From contig JAYWIR010000009.1 of assembly GCA_036172245.1 (NCBI GenBank), positions 868,001 to 932,000 on the forward strand: a stretch of DNA of 64,000 nt, given 5' to 3'. The notes under the pieces were generated by a model, which saw only the letters and a program-made list of their open reading frames with translations, made no database searches and was not told where the DNA came from. A program made the position numbers and the translations under genes. This document shows, in pieces, positions 40,301 through 52,000 of the stretch. The stretch's first letter is position 1; every line of letters starts with the position of its first letter. The stretch is from Raillietiella orientalis. Its lineage: Eukaryota.

Positions 40301-41178
40301 TTCCTTACCTGAATGGTAATGAAGAAACAAACAAGTCAGGGGATACAGTAATGGACAATAGGTTATAGCAGGATGATTATATGCGATCACTGTTACTATG
40401 CGTAATGCAACACAACATCCATGATTGTTTAATGCATAACTAATTAAGTAATTCGTGTCTACAAAAGCAGGAAGGTGCAGTTTTGTAACTTCATTGTCTA
40501 AAAATACCAAATTGTAATTCTTGAACGGTACACATCCATACTTACGAGAGGTAAATATTTGCTTACAACTTTGTTCATAGAAATGTTCTAAAGGTATACC
40601 ACAACAATTAGTTATAATTTCACCCCAAAGGAAATTGCGAATATTACAATTTAACGGCCAAAAAGAATTTCTAATAAGCTTTTTCACCTTAAATAAAAGC
40701 ATCAAATTTATTTTGAGCCAGAATGGGACAGCACTGTAACGCAAAAAGTTTCACAGCTTGTTTTTTTTTTTTTTTTTTCTCTCTCTCTCTCTCTCTTTTG
40801 CCAAGACAAAAATGCAAATAGAATGAACAAAGGGGGTTTCCCTACTAGGTAAACAAAAACCAGGCTGGTACACCACATCCCAAATGACAAATCTTGCAAA
40901 CAAAAAAACTTAGCTACGTTAAGAATTTACAACTCCCAACTTTGTCTACTCTGAAACTGATGCAAACACGGGTGATTACTGTCAAAGTGAAACACTACCT
41001 CAACGTAGCTCTTTCTCAGCAGCAGCGTCCTGAACTCCTCGATGTCAACCAGCTTCTTCGTCGACTTCACACCTTCAAACAAATGCAATTTCTGTTCCAT
41101 CAACAAACTTGAATTCCATTCGTCCTCCGGTCGGGAGACATCGTTTTGCTTAACAGTTAGGTTGGTGTCTTTAAACAT
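34382..41178 (-). CDS. TBC1D24: TBC1 domain family member 24 / skywalker-like (Rab-GAP TBC + TLDc domains), 10 coding exons, 556 aa
   Basis: Exons 41178-40999, 40687-40546, 40497-40309, 40250-40126, 39934-39824, 37785-37612, 35825-35598, 34996-34838, 34788-34568 and 34523-34382 are all GT-AG and phase-consistent (1671 nt including stop). Motifs: VKKLIRNSFWP, ITYCPLLYP, DWLFWIF, MDCYLFEGHKVLYR, LLTVWSWIPSRMTMYQP, EEHGCSL, VFGAYCS, YFGTGETFVF, CQTFENPPL, MEVYGF. An in-frame TAA lies upstream of the ATG. A probable 5'UTR intron spans ~41219-41423. Confidence 0.95.
35172..35252 (-). CDS. TBC1D24: Probable alternative (cassette) exon of TBC1D24, 27 aa GTNSRARHTISLDNLFSNFKCSLSSGK
   Basis: Acceptor ttgtattacag and donor gtaaaa; 81 bp, open, phase 0-0, inside the phase-0 intron between SHSLSVEE and LLTVWSW (TBC-TLDc linker). 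Confidence 0.6.
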
Positions 41179-41230
41179 TGAAGCCTCGGTTGTCCTTTAA
41201 TCGGTCTGTCTGTTGCTGCTGGAAACAAAA

Positions 41231-41280
41231 AGGGGGGGGGGGAGGGGGGAGGGGACACTTGCAGGGAGAAGAAGAAGAAG

Positions 41281-41312
<32 letters not shown>

Positions 41313-41343
41313 AGAAGGTAGAGGAGGAGGAGGAAAAGGATAG

Positions 41344-41375
<32 letters not shown>

Positions 41376-41389
41376 AAAAAAAAAAAAAA
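41231..41389 (+). repeat. Polypurine (G/GAG/GAA/A) low-complexity tract in the TBC1D24 5'UTR intron
   Basis: Runs of G, (GAA)n, (GAG)n and A. Confidence 0.8.
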
Positions 41390-41800
41390 CCCTGTCAGTT
41401 TCGTAACGAATGCATTTCACTCACCAAAGCTAAGCGGACTCGCAGCAGATTACATGCCCAACGCGCATAAACTCGCAGGTTGCATAACGATGAGCGTCCA
41501 CTTTTCGATACCACTGATCCGCCTCCAGTTATTGCAATTCTGAATTTTTTTTTTTCCTTCTCTCCCGACGCCTGGGGAATGGGAACGCAGCTAAGTGTTC
41601 ATGCACACAAATTGATGCTGCTGCTTCGACAGAGTACCCGTCAAAGTCGAGCCGTCGGTCCCCCAGGCAACCCTCTCACCTCATTCCAGCCCGTGGACCT
41701 GCATCCCTCCTGAAGTATCCGACTTGAGGGGGGGCTCAGAGGTGCACTCCAAGAACGACCGTGCCTTCGTGCTTATCTCTAAAAGACACACCCACCACAG

Positions 41801-41886
41801 AAAAAAAAAAAAAAAAAAAAAAAAAGAAGGAGAAAAAACACACACACACACACACACACACAGAAAAAAAAAAAAAAAAAAAAAAA
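41801..41886 (+). repeat. poly(A)-(CA)n-poly(A) simple repeat
   Basis: Two long A runs flank a (CA)n tract. Confidence 0.85.
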
Positions 41887-43929
41887 CTGTATCATCAGTC
41901 TCGGAAAAAAGCAACAAAATCATTAGCTGCACGTACATTCAGTAACGAGACATGTGCAAAGAGTGGTGAGGCCCTGGTGATACAAGATACAGTTCCTCCC
42001 AAGAAGGCCATCTCACCTTTCGAGGGTGTTCCTTTCTTGTCCAGCAGAGCGGTGGTGTTTTGGGAAAAACGGGCACCGAAAAACACACCAGGTACACCAC
42101 AACCAGAAAAATTGACAACATTGTGTGGAAAAAGTTTCACGAAAAAAATCATCCCTCGGTAAGCAGTGAAGCGGGGAAACTAATATGCTACATGGAATAT
42201 TCACTTGATACTAGGAAGCAACTGCATCCCCTTCAACGATTCTGCCTGTAAGGATAAATAATATCTTTGGACTGGTTCTTCAGCAGCATTGCTAATCCGG
42301 ATGATGCCTCGCGATTCTTCCTCTGATACTTCCTTTTTCGAGGATTCTCTCCTCCACATGGAAAAACAATTGTGGTCCAACAGTGGAAACTCGTTGTTTC
42401 CTTCCTGATCGATATCCAGCTTCGGTACAACCCTAAAAGAGGTGCCGCTGCTCTTGGGGGTACTCTGCATGTAGCACTCGGAGATGGACTGTCCTGGTGA
42501 CTCATGGAGGCTGCCCCAAGGCACGAGGAGGTGTACTTAGCTTCCGGAGGCCTTCGGGATTGAGTCGGTTCGTTCTGAGACCAGCCCTGACGATACGCGA
42601 GTTGGATCAGGGAGGAAAAGACGGAAGGCTCGCTAGGGCATCAAGTTGGACAAGAAGCACGACGATGCTCGAGGAAAGCGAGAAGGAGGAAGATGGGCCA
42701 TCGACAAACCAGCTCTTCGAGGAGAGGAAAAGGGGAGCGGGCTTGGCTTGAGAATCCTGAAGATAGGAGGGAGCAGCAAAAGAATGCCAAGGGAGAGAAA
42801 AGCAGACATCGCTCGCAGGGGAGATACCTTCATCACCAGGGAGGCACCCTTGGAGCTGGTGAGTTGGTCCCATGTCTCTTTAGAGAGGTGTCTCTGAGAC
42901 TACAGAAGCTCCTCTGGAAAGAGATCCATCTGCTCCTGCTAAGATCTGACTTTCATCCCTGTACAGGACAAGAGACCAGCTGTCCAGACGCTCTCCCAGA
43001 GCTTCCCAATGCCTCTTCCTCATCACTGTGCAAGGTGCAAGATGCCCCGAGCGGCAGCGACTCGAAAGCACCTCTTTTCCTTGGCCTTTCATCCCAAGCT
43101 TAGTTTGCCTGGAAAAGGGCACGCCTCCATCTTCCGCCTTCTTGCTGCTACTAGCCCATCCATAATGTTTTTGGTGTTCTTCTGAGACGGCGAGGAGGGA
43201 GGGAGGAGGCGAGAGGTCACTTGGAGTATGGCGACCTTCTGCAGAGCTCTTTGCGAGGGAGTAGACGCCAAGGAAGGGCGGAGGGGACAGTAGACCGGCG
43301 ATCCGAGACCGGGTCAACTTCGGCAACGGCGCGCATGGGTTCACCACGCCACTCTAGACCGTTCCGACGCGTCATCCTTGGAAACTACCCTCAGGGATCC
43401 GTTTGCAGGAAGGAGTGAATGGCCTGCGGCTGCTGAGGAGGAAAAAATCCTCTTCCACCTGCTGCCTTCCCGACTCGGTCCCCTTCCCGAGTGGAGACTC
43501 CCTACGATCATGCACGCCTCGAGGTGCGCGTCGCTCCGAGCGCGGGCGGTCCCCCGTCGCCATTCCGACTGTGTTCCTCCTTGTGCATGGTCACATTCAC
43601 TTACCGGGCATCCCGGCCGCTCTGTCGGGTGGCTCTGGGAGATGAAAATGCTGTTCGGACAGGAGATTCTTCAGGCAAAGGTTCATCGCGAAAGGTGCAA
43701 GGATGGGAGTCCGATGCCCCCTTTCGAGTGGACTGAGAAGTCGCCCAGGGATAGGTTCGAGAGGAAAAATAGGATAAGAATAAAATGCGGGCACTTTTTT
43801 CCTCTCTCTCTCTCTCCCCAGCTTCGCAAGCCGAGGACGTGCTCACGCTTCGGAGAAAATAGGCTTTCCCTTTCTCTTCCCATCCTTGTGTCGCTTTCCT
43901 CTTCGGAGCAACGCAGGGCAGTTGGCGGA

Positions 43930-45694
43930 AGGCGCTCAGTGCTGCGACCTACAGGAATCTTGAGAGTTTCTTCGAGTTGCTTAGCCGTGGGACGGGCTTA
44001 GGGATGAACAGGGAGGAGTCATCCATAGTTCCACTTGGTGCGGCGTCGGCAGGACGGCCGGGCTGGATCCCCAAGCGCAACCCCACGGGCGGGTAGCCTG
44101 AAGTACCGTGGAGGACTTCCGCGTTGCAGAAGCCTGGTCCGGCCGTCTCCAGAAGGCAGAGCAGGCTCTAGGTCTGTTCCAAGGAGTCAGGGGTCACTTG
44201 CTGGAACGGACAGCGGTGTGAAACACGTTCGCTCCCCCTCATCCTTCACCCCCTGCTTTTTGTTCGCCTTTCTCTGGAGAGCAACAGAAAGCGGTCGAAG
44301 GACCTCCCCAGGATCGCCCTTTGGGGTCGGAGGAGGTCCTAAGTCCACCTTAAGGGTTTGCGTACGAGACGGTGGACTCAGCCTTTTGACGCTGGAGCGA
44401 ATGGAGCTACAGCACCTGTTCCGTTTCAGATCTTCGCCCTCGTGGCGAAGTTGTGGAGCACCACCTGGTGTGATCCTGCACGCAGCAAGCCGCCAACAGC
44501 GAAGGACTGGAGTTCTTGCTTGTGCCCGGTAGACGCAACGTGTCCCAGTGCTGACTGCAGCTCTGGCAGGTGGCTACGCTGACCAGATGAACAACAGCTG
44601 GATCTCCTGCCGTCCTGAGGGAATGGCAGTGCCTGGCTGCAGGAAACCGTTCGCAAGAGGGAGAGGAATCATGAAGGATGTGCGGATGCTCGATTCCTGA
44701 ACGGACCCTGAAAGAACTGCTCACTCCGGGAGATCCTTGAACATCCCGGAAAGAGTGCGCGGGCAGGAATAACCTCTCTTGCCGCAGTGTTGCTCTTCCT
44801 TGGGAACACTTGGACAGCAGCCTTCCGGTTACATGGGAGGCCTTTGTACAAATCTTCGGCCGGAGAAGAGAACCGAGTGAATGGGAGATGGGCCAGCTTA
44901 CAGACGCTGCAGCCCCAAGTGCCCCACCCAGAGAACTTCTACGCTGGGGTGAGCTGCTGGATATTTCGCAGGAAGATCTACAGTGGAGACCCTAGCGCCT
45001 CTTAAACACCATCATCCTCCCTTTAAAGTGGCAGGAATCTGCATTGATGCTGTTGCATCGGGTCTCCCGTGCAACGCCCGCTGGCATCACTGGACTCGTG
45101 GGTGTGCGAGACCGAACTGTGGCTAGTGCGGGGAACGCGGATCCCTCCCGTACCTGCTTGCGGATTGTGTTGCCCTCCGGCCCCTTTGGGAACGCTTTGC
45201 CGCCACCCTCGGTATCGCGAGTGACCACTCTAGAGACGCACTGAAACCCCTCCTCGTTCGCGACGCCCTTCGGCCAACAGCCTCGTTAGCAGCTCTCTGC
45301 AACCTACTTGGGATTGTGGCAGCCTGGAGCAACGCCAGAGGAGGAGGGAACTACAGGGACGCTATCCACTTCGCCATACTTTTTTTGCAGAGGGCAACGA
45401 GATGACCCCACCTGGAAAATATGAAGAGTGACCTTGCCGGCACCCTCGACAGGATGCAGAGGACCGCCACCAGCAGGGCACGATCCCTTTTCGTACCCTC
45501 CCGAGTTTCTTTTTCTTTTTCTTTGTGTTTCCCCCCCTCCCCTCTGCTGCCTAGGAGAACCTCGCCGGTCTGTGTGATGAAAATCCGGCAGGTTCCCATT
45601 GAAATGGACGTGGTGGACCACCGGTTCAACAACGCAGATTGCAAATGTTTATTTTTTTCATAAAGAAACGTCCCGGAGCACCCGGGTGGAAATC
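43930..45694 (+). mobile_element. L1/Tx1-like retrotransposon, 5'-truncated decayed copy of the same family
   Basis: Translates (with stops and shifts) to ESFFELLSRGTGLGMNREESSIVPLGA, RDGGLSLLTLERMELQ, LLRWGELLDISQEDLQW and PLWERFAATLG..RDALKPLLVRDAL, matching the 17-18.6 kb copy. It has the same 3'UTR and terminal motif. Confidence 0.88.
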
Positions 45695-46066
45695 CAGGAG
45701 TCTACACGATCGCTGCTCCAGGAAGAAATCTTGACCGGAGAGTCGGCTTCTCCCTGTCTCCAAGGCGACTGCTTCCGGAAGGACAGAGGAAGATGCGCAG
45801 GGACGTCGCGCGCGCATACTCCTCGGCGCGCAGGCGCTGGTGAAACTTCCCCTCCCTTCGGATCGGCTTATGGATTTTCTTCCCGGAGCGCTCCCGGTCG
45901 CGTCTGCCATGCGCGCCCCTGCTCGGGCCCGCACTTTCAGGGCTCCATTTCCCGCCGCGAGGAGGGTCGCGCACGCGGCTCGCGCACGGGGGCGCCTCCT
46001 GCCGGCCGCTCCGGAGACCTGCCGCAGCAGCCGCGCGAGAGGACGCATCGCTGTCCCATGGGGTAG

Positions 46067-49000
46067 ATGAGGCGCGCCGAGGAGGGACCAAGGTCGCTCC
46101 AGAGCGGACTTCGCCGCTGCAGGGGAGCAGGCGGCGCCCGACCGGGCCTACTCTTCCTCCTCTTCTCCGTCCTCCTCCTTCTGAGGTCCTCCAGGGTTGT
46201 CCTGGTGACTGTGCTACTGCTGCTGGTTTCGTGCGGCCGCTCGGTGCCTCCCGGCGGCAGCGCCGCTGCGCCTCCACTGCGTCGAAGGATCGCCTTGGTG
46301 GCCTTCGACGACCATCGGGACGCTTGCCCCGGGAGGGAGGAAGCGCTGATGACCTCCTTGGAGAGGTTCCTGCAGGACTCCAGGATGGCAGGAAATCCCC
46401 AGGAGGACCTGTTCATCCTGGCTGAAGGTACGCAAAATCTCAGCTGCATGCAGGGGGCACGGAAGACGGATGGAGGGGGAGGGAGAGGGAGAGGGAAGGA
46501 TGATTTCGAGGGCGCACCTTGGAGGCGCGGCTGCCTCCGTTGCGCGGCAACAATGGGCTAGGGTGTGCCGCGGAACCTTCACGAAACCAGAGGAGCGAGT
46601 TCGGTCTCCCACCTTCTCGCGCTCCCTTCCCTTCCTTCTTCCTGGAAGCAGTCTCCTTCTCCATTTGCCCACCATCTGTAGCACTACTCCCTTCCTCCTC
46701 CTTTCCTGGCAAGGCCAGTCCCCACGAGGGCCGGGAAGTGCAGCCATGCCGACGGCCTCTCCCTGGGTTATCCCGATTTCTCTAGGGACGTTTCTCGTGA
46801 GGTGCCGGCTTTCTTCTCGTGAGGATCCCCCCCCCCCCCGCCTATTCGTCTGTTAGTCACCTCACCGACGAATTGATGGGGCAAGGACGAGAGTATTTGA
46901 GGGTTCATGAAGGTGGGATGAAAAGGGACTCACACGAGGGAAGTGAACGAGGCTGGCAGCGCCCTAGGTTGCGTGACGAGGTCAGCTTGCGCGGCGTTCC
47001 CGTGAGCTCCGCAGTATGTTCCCGGTGAACTCTGCACCCGTTTTTCCGGACCTTCGGCAGCGGTGGCCCTTCCTCTCCGGGTGCCCTCAACGGAGCTTGT
47101 TGTCCGTCCTCGAAGAGCAGGCCGTGTTACCCGCTCGGGGTACGACCTTGAGTCCCGGCGGCCTCCGAGTGACCACTTCCCGGGCTGCAGAGAAGGAGAG
47201 CTCCCCCCCCCCCAAGCCCCCGTTGTTATCTTTTTCGAAAGCTTTGCATCTCGAGATGCTGGCCGCTACAGGCCGAGGCCGGAGAGATGCCGCCTCTCGG
47301 CAAAGCGGCAGCAGCAGAAAAGAGCAGCCCGAACTCCCTCATTTGGTGACGTGAACCACCGCCGGTTACCTGTCTGTCCGAGTCCATACATCTTTTCCCC
47401 TTCCTCTCTTGGGAGCAGCCTGTTTCTCTCCCATCCGATAGAGGAAGGAAGAGAGGAAAGAAAGAAGCCCAAGTCAAGCGGCAAAAGACCTGCGCTCTCC
47501 TGGATCCGATAGCCGCCCATCAGCAAGAAAGAAAGAAAAAGCCCACTTCCCGTTCCCTCAAACCTGAGCGTCGAGCATCAGCGAGAGCGTCTGCCGGCGG
47601 TGTCTCTTCCAGATAAGAAGAGGAGGAGGAGAAAAATCGAGCTACAGCCAAAGGAGACCCATCGCTGCACTTTCGCTTCCGAAAGGCGCAAGAACTACTG
47701 TCCGGTCTCAATCCAGAAGCCATTGGGGGGAGGTAGGCAACCCAAGGAATTTTGGGAGAGCTCGGAGGGGTGACACTCGCGGAAAGTCTCTCTTCGGAGA
47801 TCCCTGCAGGCGCTTTCCGGCCAATCCGTCGCTGTCATTTTTCAGCGGACCCGTGCTCTTGCAGCCGCGGATCCTCAGACCATCCTCTTCTTTGAAGTAT
47901 CCCGAGAACGGTCCTCAAGGTGCTCATCGCTATTACCAGGAAGGCAGGATCTTCGGCGCTTTAGCCTGCTCCTGACCCCAGACGGCTGGAAGGGAAAACA
48001 GTCCGTGGTCCCCAAGCGCCCGCGGAGCATCAAGGGAAGCTTCCTTGAAAACAGAAAAAGATGTGAAAAAAGCACATTACAAAACTATTGACATCCAGAT
48101 GAGGCAGGGGAGGCGTGGATCAGGGGCACTCCCTCTGAGTCTCACGAACTCAAACCCAAAGTTCGAAGCAGTCTTTTTGCTGAAGTCTCCGCTACTGCAC
48201 CTTCCGAGCAGCAGCTTTAGCAGCCGGATCCAGTCGCTGCAAAACAAAGTCCGCGAATACTTCGAGTCCTCCCAGGCCCCAGAAGGGAGCCTCCGTTGGG
48301 AAACCGGGCCTCCCACTCGAGGAAGAACAGGTGCGAGTTTCGAATAAGACGAAACCACGCTGGCCCGAGCACGGAACACTCTTTGAGACACTTCCAGCGC
48401 CTGTGGAAACACGCTCGACGCTTGCGAAATCCTTCGATAGGAGCGGAAGAGGCACACGGACCAGAATCTTTCAGAAAACTGTAGAACTCGTCAGTTTCCG
48501 TTTTCCTCTGACTTCTTGGATTACCGATCAACCGGCACGACCCTTGGGCGACACCAAGGCGAGTCTGCTGCACATCGTAAGACTCATTACTCTGAGCATC
48601 ATTTGGCTTCTGGATTTGATTTCCTGGGACTTCTCAATAACATGAAATCAAGAGTGCAAGGCTTGTAGCTCCCGATCGATTGAAACAGGAGGAGCGTAGA
48701 CAATGCTGATTTCAGCATGTTTAGTCCCTCTTCCAAAAGGTCAATGCAATCTAGGAGCGTGCACTGGAGCTTCCTTTACCCAGGTACTGCGGATGTACTC
48801 GAAGAAGCTGCAGAAGCGAAATTCGACAACAAACGTGCTATCCGGAGTCGCCATTCGTTGTTTGATGAAGCTCCTTTTACTGTTCCCTGAACTGCTATCC
48901 ATTGATTCACACTTGGTTGCTCCCAGCGCACGTTTATCTAACTGCCGTGCACTGGGAAACAGGGGTGCCATTTATTCGGAGGATGCCTGCAGTGCTTAAA

Positions 49001-52000
49001 GATCCCAATACCATTTTCGATTCTGCGTTTCGTGAAACGGCGTCCGGAAGGAAGAGCGCGGTACCTGAGAAGAGAAGTTCAGCGTCGTGCTCGTGGAAGC
49101 ATGGCTGCTCCCTGGGGACCGTTCTTGTTGACAGTCGCTCCTGCATCTCCAACTTTGCCAAACTCCTTCATGAGATAGTGGAGCATCAAGAAGTTGAGCG
49201 GAGCAAAAACACAGTGTGCGGTCTGCTGGGAAGCCGCTCGCCCGCTGACATACCTTCCGGGATGCAACAACAACACGTGCACGGGAACCTCCGTTGCTGC
49301 GAAGCCGAGGTGGTGTGCAAGTGCACGGACCACGCGCATTTCGGTTTCCCTTCTTCCTTTTTTTTTTTTCCACGGCAGCGCTGTCCTGGAATCGTGGCTT
49401 GGAACGTTCGTTTAAATCTGACCAAGGACTACTTGTGCCCTCGTCGGTGAACTGGAATCGTGGCTGCTGCAGACCTCGAAATCGATAAGATGATGCGGGT
49501 GTGTTTCGTGTCGCCGAGCGGCCGCGTGGAGTTTGTCAACCGAAAATCCTTGCGGAAGATTTTATGTGACTGCAAGTCCTTTCCGGTCGATTTCGCAAGG
49601 GGAGAGCCATCCCTCCCGTAAGCTCCTTCGTTTCGCCGGGAAGGGTAGCGTACGCCAGTCAGCTAGGTCAGCTTGCTTTCAGATCTTTTTCCCACACTGA
49701 AAACCAACCAAACAGACGGAGTTCGGAATGTTCCCCGTGACGTTTACGGAAATTCCCGGTGTGCGGAGGTCCGAGTGTAAAGACGCTGCGAATGTAGCAT
49801 TCGTGTTCTTATGCTTTCGGGAATGGCTCCAGAAGCGGGCGGCGATGTTTTCATTGGCAGCAGTGTCGAATCCGAGTAAATAGGAGAAGGGAGGGAGGGG
49901 GAGGGAAACCCATGCATCCTCGGGAGTTGGATTCGCCGATCGCCTCGCAGCGTATCTTCGAGGAAGGAGCGATGTCATGTTTCATGATTCACTGCCGGAC
50001 CAGGAATGTCGACATTTCGTGGACGTTTCGTACGACGATTCCTCCTCCTATTTTTTTATATTTACAAGTGCACTCTTTTAGTATACGCCGTACAAATAAC
50101 TTCCGATTATGAAGGGAAAAAAAAAAAAAACTCGTGCGTTTATTGCAACCCAACACATCTCGCCGAGATGAAAACCTCAAGAGCATTTGATTCGCTCACG
50201 CGGGTTTGTTCCATGGCAATGCTATTGGGTAGGGTAGGTGTTCGGGTATCTGGATCCAGGACTGAAAAGTAATTAGTAATAGAAATAGGAATCACTATTG
50301 CGTTTTCGTTAGAATTTTGTACGAACAAGGGGCACATTTTGAGGAGTTTATCGATCATCCCGTGGATTCTTCCTCCTCGATCTCGGGATGGCCATGGGCC
50401 CGGAGCAAGTGCAGCCGACACCTACTGAGAGAGAAAGAGACAGAGATCCTGGTCGAATGTGGGTTTCGGTCGTCCAGATGATTCTTCTGCTTCCAGATTT
50501 TTTTTTTCTCTGGGGCAGAGTCGCTTTCATAAATGAAGGATCGCCGAAGATTCCTTCAGCGGGGGGCCAACCACTCTTTTGGCCGTTTCTGTCCCCCGAT
50601 GCCAACTTCGATGAGCTTTTCCCTCACGGTCTCCAGCAGCCCCGACTCTTGCTTCATGCCATCGGTACCACTTTTCGCGGCGCTAACAGCATCCTTCACT
50701 CGATCCCCACATTCGTCCCGCGAGTTCACTCTTTGTCCTCATCCTGCACGCCTCCCTGCGAGGCGGCAGCAGCTCGCGGATGTGTGTGGGTGACCGAGGT
50801 GGTGAGTCCCTTCAGGCTGGGGAAGGCAGGAAGGCGGGGAAGGCGACCTTCCTGGAACGGGGTGGATCCAGTTGGGGTGGATGGGATGCAAGCGCAGGAG
50901 TGCAGGTCTGAAGAAGTCGGGATGCTCATCCGAGGAGAAGGATGGAAGCTCTCCCTTAGCGAGGTAATCCCGGAGAGCTTGCCATGAGAGAAGGAGGAGG
51001 AGAAAGGGGGACACTTGAGTCTTCTTTCCTTCTCGCTGCTGCTTTCTGAACGCTCTTCTTGCAGGTCTTTGCAGTGCCCCTGATTACCTGCGGCAGCTGC
51101 TCCAACTGATCGCATTCCCAGAAACAGACGCCGTGGTGGGTGCCATCCGGTCAGCCGACTGTGAAGCTGCTGCAGCGCTGGCCAATATTCACAAGAAACC
51201 TCTCTTCACTTGGTCTTGCATGCAGGTACGCCGCTATTCCGGGCAGGCGGCGAGTCTGCTCCCGGCAGGGTAGAGCGAGGAGGGAAGGGACGAGGTTCCC
51301 AGGAAAAAATCTGGGAATCTTCCCAGGAAAGTCTGCACCTCATGAGGGTCTCCGCCGCCAGCGCCCATCCACGGGACCGGAGGGGGGTTGGTCCTTCCAC
51401 GCGTAGCGATGCAACGCCGAGTAGGGCGAACAGCAGCGGAGGGTAGCGTTGGGCTGGTTCCATAGGTAGTCGCTAGGGGAGCAGAGCACCTGAGTGGGGC
51501 CGCAGTGCCCTGGAAAACGGTGGCATAAGGGTCCGCGGAGAGGGGCTTCGAGCGACTACGTTTAGGATGTCTTCCCCGAGCGGAAGGTGCAGGCTCTCTG
51601 GTCGCAATGGCGAGTGGCCCATCTTGCGATCCAGTACACCTGCGGGGAACTGGAGCGCAGGATAGGGAGAGATCTGATCCGGACCTGGTCGCAGCGGATG
51701 TGTAACGGAGACTTTGTCGTGCCTCCGTCACACGGTGGTTCCAACAAGAAATGGGCTTGGTCGTTGGGGAGGAAAGGGTGCTGGTAGACAAGACATGGAT
51801 TTTGTTCCCCCTGCTTAGGTCCAGCAGCCGAAGGAAAGCCTGCTCCGCCAGACGGCACCGTCCCTGGAAGAGGTGGGTGGCGCCGTGTTGGAAGTGGTAT
51901 CCTATTTTTGCTGGAAACGCTGCATCGTCTTCACCACAGGTAAAGCCCTCTGCCGCGAAGGGGAAAGGGAGAGAAGGAGAAGTCGATGTTTGGTCAGCAA

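Noticed and set aside
40309..40497. Missing catalytic Arg/Gln fingers in the TBC domain as a novelty
   Set aside because: A known property of the TBC1D24/skywalker family.
48902..49450. 182-aa ORF considered as cyclase ectodomain exons
   Set aside because: Exon 1 joins 51065-51225 in phase with clear ANF-domain motifs; this ORF has none and is not needed.
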